A stretch of 64,000 bases of DNA from Vulcanimicrobiota bacterium (GTDB lineage: Bacteria > Vulcanimicrobiota > Vulcanimicrobiia > Vulcanimicrobiales > Vulcanimicrobiaceae), in contig OY970223.1 in the NCBI GenBank assembly GCA_963714015.1, forward strand, positions 992,001 to 1,056,000, given 5' to 3'. The notes under the pieces were generated by a model. It had not been told where the DNA came from. It saw only the letters and a program-made list of their open reading frames with translations, and did not search any database. Below are positions 1-9,042 of this stretch, piece by piece. Position numbers and translations under genes: made by a program. Positions within the stretch are counted from its first letter, which is position 1. Each line of letters starts with the position of its first letter.

Positions 1-101
1 CTCATTTGCAAAAAAAATACAGGAAACCGCCGAAAAACGGGGTAGTCACCGGCGACGGGCGCACCAATGCGCCTTGAAGGTTTTCAGTATGAGAGGAGCC
101 G

Positions 102-518
102 ATGAATAAAGTCGACTTGATCCGCTCCGCAATGGAGCGGTTAGAGATGTCTCGTAAGGATGCGGTCGCGCTTGTCGACGGCATCTTCGAAGACATTCAA
201 GCCGCAGTGATCTCGGGTGAACCGGTGAAGATTCCCGGTTTCGGACAATTCAAAGTCCGCGATCGGGCCGCGCGCATCGCTCGAAATCCGGCGACCGGAG
301 AACCGGTCAAAGTGCCGGCGAAGCGCGTCTTCAAATTCTTGCCGGCGAAGGCGTTGAAAGAAGCCGTTATGTCCAAGCGAGGCGGCGGTGCGCGCAAAGC
401 AGCGGGCGGCCGCAAAAAAGCCGGCGCCGCAAAGGGCGCGGCTGCCAGAGGCGGAGCTCGTTCGGGTGCGTCGCGCAAGGGCGCGGCCAAAAAGTCGACC
501 GGGCGCAAGAAGCGCTAG
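102..518 (+). CDS. hup: HU family DNA-binding protein with Lys/Arg/Ala/Gly-rich C-terminal tail
   Basis: MNKVDLI...GFGQFKVRDRAARIARNPATGEPVKVPAKRVFKFLPAKALKEAV HU signature; GAGGAG RBS; ~47-aa basic low-complexity tail. Confidence 0.95.
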   Translation: MNKVDLIRSAMERLEMSRKDAVALVDGIFEDIQAAVISGEPVKIPGFGQFKVRDRAARIARNPATGEPVKVPAKRVFKFLPAKALKEAVMSKRGGGARKAAGGRKKAGAAKGAAARGGARSGASRKGAAKKSTGRKKR

Positions 519-541
519 CGGCGGTTCAAGGCTTTAGAGCC

Positions 542-583
542 GTACGAAAGGCCGCCCGAACCGCCGGGCGGCCTTTTTCGTAC
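542..583 (+). terminator. Intrinsic terminator
   Basis: GAAAGGCCGCCCG-loop-CGGGCGGCCTTTTTC inverted repeat after hup. Confidence 0.8.
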
Positions 584-590
584 TGAAGCC

Positions 591-926
591 ATGAAACGCT
601 TATTGATTGCCGCCGCGCTGGCATTGTGCCTGCCGCTCGCCGCCGCCGCATCGACCACCGCCACGCACGCCGTTCACATTAGGAATTTCGCGTATAGTCC
701 CTCGCAGATCCAAATCAAAGTCGGAGATAGTGTAGAGTTCATCAACGACGACGACGAGGCGCATACCGTTACCGCCACGGATAAATCGTTCGATTCTGCT
801 GGTTTGGATACCGGCGATCGATGGTCGTACCGGTTCAAAAAGCCGGGGCGCTATGCGTACCTTTGCGCGCTGCATCCGTGGATGAAGGGCGTCATCGTCG
901 TTACCGCCGGGAGTTCCAAAAGATGA
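591..926 (+). CDS. Secreted cupredoxin (plastocyanin/amicyanin-like)
   Basis: Signal peptide; HTVT and YLCALHPWM type-1 copper ligands. Confidence 0.9.
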   Translation: MKRLLIAAALALCLPLAAAASTTATHAVHIRNFAYSPSQIQIKVGDSVEFINDDDEAHTVTATDKSFDSAGLDTGDRWSYRFKKPGRYAYLCALHPWMKGVIVVTAGSSKR

Positions 927-1819
927 GGCGCGGCGATTTCTTATCGCACGTGGGGTGGACCGGAGCGGGAGTCCTTTGGACCATGGGGGCGAGCGGATTG
1001 CTCACCGGTCGCGCGGCTGCGCAGAACGCCGATGCCGGCGAATTTTCGTTCGTGCAGATCAGCGACAGCCATATCGGCTTTCACCAAGCGGCGAATCCGG
1101 ACGTGGCCGGAACGCTGAAAGATGCGATTGACGCAATCAATGCTCTGCCCCGGCAACCGGCATTCGTAATCCACACGGGGGACATCACGCATCTTTCAAA
1201 AGGCGAGCAGTTCGATACTGCCAAGCAGATTCTCGGGACGCTCAAGGCGCCGCTATTCGCTCTCCCGGGCGAGCATGACTTCATCGGAAGCACGCCCTCA
1301 GCGTATTTTGACGCCTTTTCCGGCGAGCCGATGCAGAACAGCAAAGACGGATGGTATTCTTGGGATCAGAACGGCGTGCACTTCGTCGCTCTCATCAACG
1401 TGTTCGATTTCGAAAAAATGGGACTGCTCGGCAACGATCAGCTTTCTTGGCTCAAGAGCGATTTGGCTGCACAGCGAACGCAGACGCCGATCGTCGTCTT
1501 CGCGCACGTTCCCCTCTACGCGCTCTATCCCGAATGGGGATGGACGACCGAAGACGGATCCAAGGCGCTGGCGCTCTTGACGCGCTTCGATCGCGTAACG
1601 GTGCTCAACGGGCACATTCACCAGATCATCCGGCACCGCGAGGGAAACATCGAGTTTGCGACGGCCGACGCGACGGCGTACCCTCAGCCCGCTCCGGGGA
1701 AGGCCGCCAAGCCGGGCCCCGTAACGCTTCCCAAAGACGCGCTCCTCAAAGCGGTCGGATACCGGACCGTGGTGTTGAACGGCGGCGCTTCGGACATCGG
1801 CGATCGACCACTCGGTTAA
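923..1819 (+). CDS. Tat-exported calcineurin-like metallophosphoesterase
   Basis: ATG at 923 overlaps the cupredoxin stop; MRRGDFL twin-arginine motif; DSH, GD, GEHD, GHIH motifs. Confidence 0.88.
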   Translation: MRRGDFLSHVGWTGAGVLWTMGASGLLTGRAAAQNADAGEFSFVQISDSHIGFHQAANPDVAGTLKDAIDAINALPRQPAFVIHTGDITHLSKGEQFDTAKQILGTLKAPLFALPGEHDFIGSTPSAYFDAFSGEPMQNSKDGWYSWDQNGVHFVALINVFDFEKMGLLGNDQLSWLKSDLAAQRTQTPIVVFAHVPLYALYPEWGWTTEDGSKALALLTRFDRVTVLNGHIHQIIRHREGNIEFATADATAYPQPAPGKAAKPGPVTLPKDALLKAVGYRTVVLNGGASDIGDRPLG

Positions 1820-1822
1820 TAT

Positions 1823-2380
1823 GTGAAGAACGCCGGCGCATCGGACCTCGAGATCGCGTTCGCGGCGCGCGAGCCGTGGGCGCTCGAGGCGCTGTACGTT
1901 GAGCACGCGCGGACGTTTTACACAGCCGCATTCGCCGTTCTGCGCAACGGCGAAGACGCGCAGGATTGCGTGCATGACGTGCTGCTGCGCATATGGCATA
2001 ATACGTCGGCGTTCACTCCGGGCAAGGGCGCGCTCAAGGCTTTCGTAGCCGTGTGCATTCGAAACGAAGCGGTGAGTCGCGTGCGCTTGCGCGGCCGAGG
2101 ATCGGAACTCGAGCGGCGAATCGTACGCAGAGCTGCGGAACAGCCGCTCCAGGATCCCTTTTCGTCCGTCGATCCGATCGAACGAAATCGTTTGCAACAG
2201 GCGATCGCCGAACTTTCGGAGCCGCAGCGCAGCGTTATCGTTCTTTCGTACTTCAATTGCCTTACCCACCGCGAAATTGCCGAACGTTTAGGCGAACCTA
2301 TCGGCACGATCAAAAGCCGGCTCTCGGCGGCATTGCACCGCCTTTCGGGCCGCCTGAAGAGAGAATACGAGTATGAGTGA
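1823..2380 (+). CDS. ECF RNA polymerase sigma factor
   Basis: DAQDCVHDVLLRIW region 2; THREIAERLGEPIGTIKSRL region 4. Confidence 0.93.
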   Translation: MKNAGASDLEIAFAAREPWALEALYVEHARTFYTAAFAVLRNGEDAQDCVHDVLLRIWHNTSAFTPGKGALKAFVAVCIRNEAVSRVRLRGRGSELERRIVRRAAEQPLQDPFSSVDPIERNRLQQAIAELSEPQRSVIVLSYFNCLTHREIAERLGEPIGTIKSRLSAALHRLSGRLKREYEYE

Positions 2381-3038
2381 AGCCGAAGCACACGTGGCGG
2401 ATCGGGCCGAACTCTATGCCCTTGGTTCGCTCACGCCGGCCGAAACGGCGCAGCTGCGCGCGCACCTCACGCAATGCGAGCGCTGCCGCAGCATTGTAAA
2501 CGATGCCGAGGCGGCGGTAACGGCAATGATTGAAGCGGACGACCAATACGATCCGCCGGGCTCGCTTGGCCGCCGCATAGCGGCTTCCGCGCGCCCACGG
2601 TCGCGCGTGCAGGTGCTGCAGTGGAGCGCTCTAGCGGCTGCGCTGATCCTGTGGATCGGTCCCGCGATGTGGTTCTATACGCATACGCGGCAGCAAGCGG
2701 CAACGCTGAGCACACAGTCCGCCGCCATCGGCGCCTTGCTGCACAGTCATTTCGTCCACGCGCCGTTCTCACCGATCGAGGCGGGGGCGCCTGCCGCGAA
2801 GGTGATCTTCTCGGCAAAGGGCCATTGGTTGTACGTGCTGGTGGCGGCCCCCGCCCGCGATTTGCAAATCGGTACGCTTCGAAACGGACGGCTGCTGATT
2901 CTGGGAAATCCCCAAGACGTTGGCGGATATGCGGCGTTCTACGATACGGCGGCGTCAGGAATCGACAACGTCGTCATCGTTCGCAACGGCCGGGCCGTGG
3001 CTCGCGCGGCAATTGTGCGGCGGAAAGGCGGTGAATGA
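2373..3038 (+). CDS. Membrane anti-sigma factor with zinc-binding HxxxCxxC (RskA-like)
   Basis: HLTQCERC motif, one TM helix, overlaps the sigma gene stop. Confidence 0.85.
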   Translation: MSEAEAHVADRAELYALGSLTPAETAQLRAHLTQCERCRSIVNDAEAAVTAMIEADDQYDPPGSLGRRIAASARPRSRVQVLQWSALAAALILWIGPAMWFYTHTRQQAATLSTQSAAIGALLHSHFVHAPFSPIEAGAPAAKVIFSAKGHWLYVLVAAPARDLQIGTLRNGRLLILGNPQDVGGYAAFYDTAASGIDNVVIVRNGRAVARAAIVRRKGGE

Positions 3039-3976
3039 TCTCGGAAACCACAATCGATCGTGCGGCCATCGCTTCTGCAGCGCAGGCCCTCGAGCCGTAC
3101 GTGCGCCGCACGCCGGTCATACGCGCGGACGGACGCGACTTCGGGATGTCCGCCGCAGCGGTTCATTTCAAGCTCGAGCAGCTTCAGCACGCGGCCTCGT
3201 TCAAGACTCGGGGTGCTTTCGCCAACCTGCTTTCGAGAGAGGTACCGGAGTGTGGTGTCGTTGCGGCCTCCGGCGGCAATCATGGCGCAGCCGTAGCTTA
3301 CGCCGCAATGGTGCTCGGAATCCCGGCAAAGATTTTTGTCCCCACCGTTTCCTCACCGGTGAAAATCGATCGCATTCGGCGGTATGGTGCGCAGTTGGTC
3401 GTCGGCGGCGATCGGTATGCTGACGCGCTGGCCGCAAGCGAAGAATGGATCGTTCAGTCGGGTGCGTTGCCGGTGCACGCGTTCGACCATCCGCAGACTT
3501 TGATCGGTCAAGGAACGCTGGGCAAAGAATTGGAGGAACAAATTGAGGGGATCGACACGGTTTTGGTTCCGGTCGGCGGCGGAGGATTGATCGGCGGCAT
3601 CGCCGCCTGGTTCTCGGGAGGCGCGCGAATCGTCGGCGTCGAGCCCGAAGGGGCACCGACGCTCACGCATGCGCTTGCCGCCGGTGTGCCGGTCGACGCA
3701 CCAGCTGGGAGCATCGCGAACGATTCGCTCGCGCCGCGGCGCGTCGGTGAATTGATGTTTGAGATCGCTCAGCGCTATGTGGAGCGCACGGTCCTGGTCA
3801 GTGACGACGAGATCGTCGCTGCACAGCACGGACTGTGGCAGAACCTCACCGTCGTTGCCGAGCCGGGAGGCGCCGCTGCCTTCGCAGCCCTTCTTTCCGG
3901 ACGCTACTCCGTGCAAGCCGGCGAGCGCGTGGCTGTAATAGTGAGCGGCGGCAACACACCGGCCGTGTGCTTGTGA
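3035..3976 (+). CDS. PLP-dependent threonine/serine dehydratase
   Basis: SFKTRG, SGGNHG, VGGGGLIGG, SGGN motifs. Confidence 0.92.
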   Translation: MISETTIDRAAIASAAQALEPYVRRTPVIRADGRDFGMSAAAVHFKLEQLQHAASFKTRGAFANLLSREVPECGVVAASGGNHGAAVAYAAMVLGIPAKIFVPTVSSPVKIDRIRRYGAQLVVGGDRYADALAASEEWIVQSGALPVHAFDHPQTLIGQGTLGKELEEQIEGIDTVLVPVGGGGLIGGIAAWFSGGARIVGVEPEGAPTLTHALAAGVPVDAPAGSIANDSLAPRRVGELMFEIAQRYVERTVLVSDDEIVAAQHGLWQNLTVVAEPGGAAAFAALLSGRYSVQAGERVAVIVSGGNTPAVCL

Positions 3977-4020
3977 CGCGGCGCTCCTCTGGGTAAAGAA
4001 TTGCCGGAGGATCCATTGCT

Positions 4021-4401
4021 ATGATTCAACTTCTTAGAACCCTCGCATTTGCCGTCGCGGGAATAATCGCCGCAACGGCCGCACTTCCCGCATCGGCGCA
4101 AAATAGCGGTCCGGGCAACGGTCCGCCCGGCGGAAAGTACCGTGATTGTCACGGATACGTGCGCCATGTTTCACTCGAGAACGTGCGCGTTCACTGCATC
4201 GACGGAACGCCGGCGGACATATCGTTCTTATCCTGGCCCAAGTTCGTCAGTCTTCCGACCGGCAAGACGATGGAATCCAAAGATCTCAAGCCGGGCACGC
4301 CGGTCCACGTGGTCTTTACGCAGTCATTAGGTATCCGGCACGCGTACAAAGTGTACGTAGCCAATCCGAACGGGCACGGCCTGTACGGCTTTAAGACCTA
4401 G
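4021..4401 (+). CDS. Secreted hypothetical protein
   Basis: GGAGG RBS, signal peptide, terminator downstream. Confidence 0.7.
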   Translation: MIQLLRTLAFAVAGIIAATAALPASAQNSGPGNGPPGGKYRDCHGYVRHVSLENVRVHCIDGTPADISFLSWPKFVSLPTGKTMESKDLKPGTPVHVVFTQSLGIRHAYKVYVANPNGHGLYGFKT

Positions 4402-4419
4402 ACCGTAATCTACAGCGAT

Positions 4420-4450
4420 CGAAAGCGGCGGCCGAAGGCTGCCGCTTTCG
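4420..4450. terminator. Terminator-like hairpin
   Basis: CGAAAGCGGCGGCC-GAA-GGCTGCCGCTTTCG. Confidence 0.75.
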
Positions 4451-4588
4451 TGCGCGCGCCCGGCGGCGGTTGAAGCGGCACGCAAGGTCCACCCGGCGTT
4501 CCGGCAGAGTAATCCGGCAAGCTAAGCAAGCGCTTCCGCCCGATCGATCTCAAAAGGTTGCTCTGCGGTCGCCGTGAAGGGACGTATC

Positions 4589-5243
4589 GTGCGCGCCCCG
4601 GGGAGACTGCCCAAGCCGCTTTCTTTAGTCGTGGAGGCGATTTTCTGTGCCGCCGCGATAGCGAGCGTGTGCGCTCACTTTGCCATCGATGTCATCGGCG
4701 ATTTTGCGCTTCGGCACGATAGTCTATGACGACATGGTCCACGATTCTCGCGAAGTCGTTGCACTGATTGCGATCTTGATCGCGGTCGTGCTCTTCTCTC
4801 GCGTGCTTCGCGCCTGTTGCGAAAGAGCCGCGGCCGGCAGCAAGCAGGCTGTAACAATTCTCCCAGGCGCTCGCTTCGCCGTCTTGTTTACCGCTGCAGT
4901 AAGCGCGCTTTCCTGTGGCATCGTTCCGCTGATGGAGTGCTTCGACGGCGCCCTGAACGGCGCAAGCATGCCGGAATTGGCGGATGCGTTCGGGGGTTCG
5001 CTGGTGTTGGGACTCGGAACGACGATAGTTTGCGCGGCGATCGTCGCGTTGGCAGTCGTTGTCGCGGCGCGCTGGCTGCTCTCGCATCGGCACACTATCG
5101 CGACCCTACTCGAGACGCTTCTGCAGATAGATCGCGGACGCTCTCCCGAGCCGCGTTTCATTCACTGCACGCTCGATTTTGCCGCTTCTCATCGGCTCGC
5201 GCTGCTCGCGGTTCATGGATCGAAGCGCGGGCCGCCGCTCTAA
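4589..5243 (+). CDS. Multi-pass membrane leader protein ending in RGPP (candidate arrest peptide); one extra base near 4722
   Basis: GTG at 4589 after GAAGGG gives MRAPG...CAHFAIDVIGDFALRHD, which joins YDDMVHDSRE... of ORF 4680..5243 if one base is removed; about 4 hydrophobic segments; C-terminus HGSKRGPPL*. Confidence 0.7.
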
Positions 5244-5291
5244 GCACGTAAGCTCCTCTCTCGTTCACCCAAGTCGTGCCTGGAGACTCAC

Positions 5292-8000
5292 ATGCTATGC
5301 CTTCGTGCATCGCGTGCGCTTTGTGCGCTTGCGATCGCGCTCCTTTCTACGGTTCCGGCGCAGGCCGAACCGCGTTTATCCGGTGGCAGCATAACGGGCG
5401 TCGTCGACGACGCAGCCACCGGCCTTCCCGTTCCCAACGTGGACGTCGGCGTTATTCATGCGAACGTTTCGGTTCACACGGACGCGGCGGGCCGATTTGT
5501 CATTCCGACTGTCCATGAGGGAACGTATCGCGTCAACTTGACGCGCGACGGATATCAGCCGGCTGTATCGGAGCCCATCGCCGTGGACGACTCGCCCGTC
5601 GAGGTTACGCTGACGATTCAGCGCGCCGCCTCGGATCTGCACGTGATCGCCGTGACGACTGCCCGAGCGAAAGATGCGCTTCAGCAGTCGAGCACTTTCA
5701 CCAAAACGCTCAATTCTGAGGAGCTGCAACAAGAGGGCATCGTTCGGGCTGCAGACGCGCTGCGCACACTGCCGGGCGTCAACAACGGCATTACCGGAGA
5801 TACGGCCGCGCTTTCCGACGACGTGCAACTCAGTCTTCGCGGTATCGGCACGCTCGAGACGGAAGCGGCGATTGACGGCCATCCGATCGCGTACGGTATA
5901 AAAGACGGCTTCAACTATCAGCTCTCGCCCGTCTTTCCTTACCGCGACATCTCGGTGCTTTACGGCTCCGGCGGGAGCGATTTGATGGGAGTCAACGCCA
6001 TCGGAGGAGTCGTCAATTTTCAAACGCTCGATCCGACGCCCGTCAGCGCAGTAAACGTTACGCAAGGGTACGGAACGTTCGACCAGCTCTCTACGAGCAT
6101 CACTGCGACCGGCACGGCGAATAAGCTCGGATATGCCGCTGCGTACGGCGTAGCGGGCCTCGACGGCCCGTTCAACGACGCGACGTTCTATCAAGCGGGA
6201 GCAGCGTTTGACCAGTCTGTGCCCTCCGGACCAATCCACGATCTCGGTGTGTATTCCGACGACTCCGGAGAAACGACGCGCGCGGGACTGTTGAAGCTTC
6301 AGTACAACTTCTCGCCAAGCAGCAACGTGACGTTTGCCTCCGTGGACGAAAATCGTTGGGTCAACAAAGCCGGCAACGGCGACGGCGATTATCTGGGGTA
6401 TGCGCCGGCGCTCGCTTTCGGCAATCTGCTTCTTTCCCAGTACAACCCGGAAAATTATCCGCGGCTTCCCGCTTGCCCGAAAGGAACATTCGCCGGTACG
6501 AACGCGAACGGCAGTCCTAACGGCTACGGACCGAATGGACAGCCTGACGGCGGAGTAACGTGCCAAACTCCGCAGCAGTATGCGCAGTTCAATACCGGCT
6601 GGGACGGAGCCGGAGCGTCATGGCAATCGCTCAAGCTGTTCGACAACTCCGTCGACTATCGTCTCTCCACTCAGCGCTCGGCGATACGGCTCGGCGTATT
6701 CGACAGTTATTATGAAAACTTGGTGGATAGAACGTTCATGCTGCCTTTCTTCAGCACACCCGGAGATGCCGGATCGTGGCAGAACTTCGGCGTCAACGAA
6801 GCGGGAACAATTGCCAGCGACGATCTCGTCGGCAGAAACAACGACTTCGAATTTGGAACGTCATACCTAAACAACGCTTACTTCACGTACGTCAAGAATG
6901 CGCTGAAGGGATCGCCCTTCGTCACCGAAACGGCCTATTTCATCCGCGACGCATTTCGCCCGCAAGCCTCGCCGCTCTCGGCGTACTTGAACCTATGGGC
7001 AAAGCACTCAACTGCGACGAATACTTCGTATCTCGACTCGCGGCTGGCTGCCGTATACCGTTTGAACTCGCGCAACATTCTGCGCGCCTCCGCCGGATCG
7101 ACGACGACGCAGCCCAGTCAAAACATGCTGGACCAGCAATTCATCGAATCGGCGCCCGGCGGAGCGGGCGGCGGCACGCCAATCGGCTGCGGGAGTCTCA
7201 ACTCAGTCGGAAGCGCTCCATCGACGACGTTGAAACCGGAAGAAGGCGTTGACGAAGATCTGGCTTACACGCACCGCTGGCAGGGTGATTCGCAGACCGA
7301 ACTTACCTTGTACAACACGAACGTTTACGATAAGCTCTATTCGACCACGGTTCCGCTTTCCTCGATCGGAACAGGCTTTATTCCGCCGGCGTACTTGACG
7401 CAAGTCGAAGCGGCGATCGCCGGCAAGTGCGGTACCGCCGGCGCGTTCGACCTGCTCGGAGTGACGGGCAATGCGAACGTCGGGACGCTTCGCGCAGAAG
7501 GAATCGATCTCAGCGGCCGCGCCCGAATCAGCCGTCCATTCTATTTGGACTACGACTGGACGCTGACTTCTACGGCCTTGATAAATGCCAATCAGCAGCT
7601 GCTTCAGAACAACCTCACTTACGTCATCGGCAGTCAGCTTCCGCATCTACCTCTCCACACGTTCTCTGCCGCAGCGGACTACACGTTCGTAAACGGCGTC
7701 GACGCTAGATACATGCTATATACGGTTTCAGCGGGCAACACCAAATCGCTTCCGGCGTATGACTACTCCGATCTAAGCCTTTCGGCACCCGTCGGGCGGG
7801 GTGCGAAGCTGACTGCTATGGTTCAAAATCTGTTCAACCAATGGGGAAGCATCGCCGGTTTGCGTTACGAAGGCGTGCCCTTGGCGCTCAACAGCTACGC
7901 TGCGCCGAGTGCATATGCTCCCTATACCGGAGCAGATGCAACGGAGCAGTTTGGACTGCCGTACCGCAGCGTGTACTTCAGCCTCTCAATAACGCGGTAA
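5292..8000 (+). CDS. TonB-dependent receptor with N-terminal carboxypeptidase-regulatory-like domain
   Basis: Signal peptide; GSITGVV..GLPVPNV N-domain; plug (DALRTLPGV, LRG, IDGHP, GGVVN); LKPE and NLFN barrel motifs; beta-strand C-terminus. Confidence 0.9.
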   Translation: MLCLRASRALCALAIALLSTVPAQAEPRLSGGSITGVVDDAATGLPVPNVDVGVIHANVSVHTDAAGRFVIPTVHEGTYRVNLTRDGYQPAVSEPIAVDDSPVEVTLTIQRAASDLHVIAVTTARAKDALQQSSTFTKTLNSEELQQEGIVRAADALRTLPGVNNGITGDTAALSDDVQLSLRGIGTLETEAAIDGHPIAYGIKDGFNYQLSPVFPYRDISVLYGSGGSDLMGVNAIGGVVNFQTLDPTPVSAVNVTQGYGTFDQLSTSITATGTANKLGYAAAYGVAGLDGPFNDATFYQAGAAFDQSVPSGPIHDLGVYSDDSGETTRAGLLKLQYNFSPSSNVTFASVDENRWVNKAGNGDGDYLGYAPALAFGNLLLSQYNPENYPRLPACPKGTFAGTNANGSPNGYGPNGQPDGGVTCQTPQQYAQFNTGWDGAGASWQSLKLFDNSVDYRLSTQRSAIRLGVFDSYYENLVDRTFMLPFFSTPGDAGSWQNFGVNEAGTIASDDLVGRNNDFEFGTSYLNNAYFTYVKNALKGSPFVTETAYFIRDAFRPQASPLSAYLNLWAKHSTATNTSYLDSRLAAVYRLNSRNILRASAGSTTTQPSQNMLDQQFIESAPGGAGGGTPIGCGSLNSVGSAPSTTLKPEEGVDEDLAYTHRWQGDSQTELTLYNTNVYDKLYSTTVPLSSIGTGFIPPAYLTQVEAAIAGKCGTAGAFDLLGVTGNANVGTLRAEGIDLSGRARISRPFYLDYDWTLTSTALINANQQLLQNNLTYVIGSQLPHLPLHTFSAAADYTFVNGVDARYMLYTVSAGNTKSLPAYDYSDLSLSAPVGRGAKLTAMVQNLFNQWGSIAGLRYEGVPLALNSYAAPSAYAPYTGADATEQFGLPYRSVYFSLSITR

Positions 8001-8036
8001 TGAGCAGTAGGGCTTGCAATCGCGCGGTCGCGAGCC

Positions 8037-8966
8037 CTATCCAATGAGGCCTTTGAAGTAATCGTACGTTTCGCGCAGTCCCCGTTCGAGCGGCGTGGCG
8101 GGCTGCCAGTCCAGTTCCCTTCGCGCCAACGAACAATCGAATTGCGCATCTCGCACGTCTCCCGGCCGCTTTGCCCCGCGAACGATCTCCGGTGAAGCGC
8201 CCGAGATGTTCGAAAGCTGACGGTAAATCTCATTGACGCTCGTACGCTGGCCGGTTCCGATGCAATACATGCTGCCGCCGCCGCGATCCAGCGCCGCGAC
8301 GTTCGATCGAGCGACGTCTCCCACGTAGACGTAGTCCCGTGTTTGCTCGCCGTCCCAGTCGATCCGCACGCTTTGCCCGCGCATGAACCGGTTGATGAAA
8401 ATGGAGATCACGCCCGCTTCGCCGTTAGGATCCTGCCGCGGACCATACACATTGCCGTAGCGCAAGGCGGTAAAGTCCAGGCTATGCTGACTCTTGTAAA
8501 ACCGCAGGTAATGCTCGGCAACCATTTTCGTGATCCCGTAAGGCGACTGGGGCCGCTGAGGAGTGCTTTCATTTACCGGCAGATGCTCGGGCGTGCCGAA
8601 GGTGGCGCCGCTCGAGGCGAAGATCACTTTCCTCACACCAAACCTTACGCTGTTCTCAAGGACGTTGAGTAGTCCTAGGACGTTGACGCCGGCATCGTAC
8701 TTCGGGTCTTTCGAACTGATCGCGACGCTGTGTTGCGCGGCGTGATGGTTGACGATCTCAGGATTGAACTCTTCAAAAACGCGACGCAGTTGTTCGTCAC
8801 GAATATCGACCTGCACGAAGGTGGCGCGCGGAGGGATGTTTTGCCGCCTTCCTCCACCGCGCTCCCAAAGAGAATCAACGACGACGACGTCGTGCCCGCG
8901 ATCCAGGTAAGCGTCGGCTATATGGGAACCGATGAATCCGGCGCCGCCGGTCAAGAGAACGCGCAT
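8037..8966 (-). CDS. NAD-dependent epimerase/dehydratase (UDP-glucose 4-epimerase-like)
   Basis: TGGAGFIGSH, YGITK, LRYGNVYGPRQ. Confidence 0.93.
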   Translation of the reverse strand: MRVLLTGGAGFIGSHIADAYLDRGHDVVVVDSLWERGGGRRQNIPPRATFVQVDIRDEQLRRVFEEFNPEIVNHHAAQHSVAISSKDPKYDAGVNVLGLLNVLENSVRFGVRKVIFASSGATFGTPEHLPVNESTPQRPQSPYGITKMVAEHYLRFYKSQHSLDFTALRYGNVYGPRQDPNGEAGVISIFINRFMRGQSVRIDWDGEQTRDYVYVGDVARSNVAALDRGGGSMYCIGTGQRTSVNEIYRQLSNISGASPEIVRGAKRPGDVRDAQFDCSLARRELDWQPATPLERGLRETYDYFKGLIG

Positions 8967-9042
8967 GCACTCCGCCGTTCCACCCGCGACGCGACGTTCC
9001 CGGTGCTCTAGCCGGAGCGCCGCTTCGTCGCAAATGTGAATC

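Noticed and set aside
4450..4590. Cobalamin or TPP riboswitch upstream of the TBDR operon
   Set aside because: No B12-box or TPP core motif recognised
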